Below, piece by piece: positions 26,007 to 26,773 of a DNA stretch of 26,773 nucleotides. The stretch lies in NCBI GenBank assembly GCA_036677365.1, contig JAVBWN010000034.1:1-26773 (forward strand). Direction: 5' to 3'. The first letter of the stretch is position 1; each line of letters opens with the position of its first letter. Both the position numbers and the translations under genes were made by a program. The notes below the pieces were generated by a model, which saw nothing but the letters and a program-made list of their open reading frames with translations, ran no database searches and was not told the origin of the DNA. Origin of the DNA: Acholeplasma sp. (GTDB taxonomy: Bacteria; Bacillota_I; Bacilli_A; Acholeplasmatales; UBA5453).

Positions 26007-26054
26007 ACTTCATATTATAGCATATCCCTAACAATTCAACCTTTATTTTTTAAT

Positions 26055-26195
26055 CATATGAAAAGAACAAAGAGGTGAATAAATCACCCTTTAAAGAATG
26101 ATTTATGATACATACCTCTTAACGATTTAACTCGTCTTATTTAAAGCGACTACACACCAAATAGGTATGTACGCTTAGGCGTGTTCACGCCCTTA
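26055..26195 (-). ncRNA. Predicted TnpB omegaRNA (reRNA): scaffold to TCAC at 26075 plus ~20-nt flank-derived guide
   Basis: Three consecutive hairpins on the minus strand (GGCGTG/CACGCC 26191-26178; TACATACCT...AGGTATGTA 26171-26109; ATAAATCATTCT-TTAA-AGGGTGATTTAT 26106-26079), immediately followed by TCAC. The 5' boundary is uncertain. Confidence 0.55.
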
Positions 26196-26773
26196 TCCCC
26201 TATCCATAAGGCATCGGGATTACCTTTTCGAATCATATTTAGTGAGGCATTTTGATCGGCATTGATCAAGATGCCTTTTTGACTCTTATATAAACCCCTT
26301 TTGATTCTAGCTCCAGAGAAATCTCCTTTTACATAATCATCTTGGTCTAGATAAGACGCTTTAGAGGTGTAAGCTTCATTGATCACTTTGGTTTCGATTC
26401 CTAATTGTTCTGCTAGATAGATAATTCGATCTCTTAGTCTAGCTATAGGTATACTTTTAGTCCACTGATTATACGTATCCGATAGTTTTTCATCTTTAAA
26501 GGTGTCATTATAACCTAGGATGATTTGTTTTACCTTATTCTTAACTGCGTGACTCATAATGAGTTTAGCTGCTTTATACATCCCATAATCCATTTGATGG
26601 TTTCTCTTGTCCATCAATCGTATCATTTGTTTGGTTAAGACATTTTGACTAGGTCTAATACTCGCTAGTTTCGCGATTCGTTTATGATAAAACTGATTCA
26701 TACTCTTTAATCTCTTACCATCAATCAATAAGTGCTCATTGTTCGTAGTTGAACAAAACGCTAAGTTGTTATA
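26075..26773 (-). mobile_element. IS200/IS605-superfamily tnpB element, right portion (left part outside window)
   Basis: tnpB CDS plus terminal hairpin ending in TCAC, the TCAN right-end pattern. Confidence 0.72.
26150..26773 (-). CDS. tnpB: RNA-guided endonuclease TnpB, 5'-truncated by window edge
   Basis: The frame is open to the window end (YNNLAFCSTTNNEHLLIDGKRLKSMNQFY...); motifs INEAYTSKAS, FSGARIKRGLY and INADQNASLNMIRK (RuvC-III Asp). Confidence 0.92.
   Translation of the reverse strand, partial: YNNLAFCSTTNNEHLLIDGKRLKSMNQFYHKRIAKLASIRPSQNVLTKQMIRLMDKRNHQMDYGMYKAAKLIMSHAVKNKVKQIILGYNDTFKDEKLSDTYNQWTKSIPIARLRDRIIYLAEQLGIETKVINEAYTSKASYLDQDDYVKGDFSGARIKRGLYKSQKGILINADQNASLNMIRKGNPDALWIGDKGVNTPKRTYLFGV

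Noticed and set aside
110..26074. Whole interval as a composite transposon or genomic island
   Set aside because: It contains housekeeping genes (asnS, dgs, rmuC), and identity of the two flanking IS pieces cannot be shown from this window.
1..26773. Mycoplasma genetic code (UGA=Trp); tRNA, rRNA, T-box or riboswitch elements
   Set aside because: Long ORFs are intact under code 11 and several end naturally in TGA. No tRNA or rRNA was recognised, asnS overlaps dgs leaving no T-box leader, and no purine-riboswitch consensus was seen in 19333-19695.

Overview
Low-GC genomic window that looks like an Acholeplasmataceae-type mollicute. It uses the standard code (TGA stops, TGG Trp), and carries an Acholeplasma-like glycolipid synthase dgs and many lipoproteins. 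Both edges lie in IS200/IS605-superfamily DNA. At the left is a left-end hairpin inserted at a TTTAA motif, truncating a DegV gene; at the right is a partial tnpB with a readable omegaRNA/right end. Between them are a DUF1295 gene and a putative copper/metal-stress module (EamA transporter, two-component system, SHOCT protein, HMA chaperone, CueP). The centrepiece is a ~13.5 kb minus-strand locus that looks like an extracellular nucleic-acid harvesting machine. It comprises a CUT1 ABC importer with an Ig-stalked binding lipoprotein, two PASTA-like-bearing thermonuclease lipoproteins, a 1200-aa non-catalytic Ig/OB/lamin-tail lipoprotein and a membrane protein. It is preceded by two sigma70 promoters, a LacI/cre-type palindrome and an unannotated Thr-rich leader peptide with a terminator-like hairpin. 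A housekeeping block follows: MATE, asnS, dgs, rmuC, DUF4870-like protein and a permuted NlpC/P60. Domain calls are by motif recognition only; no searches were run.
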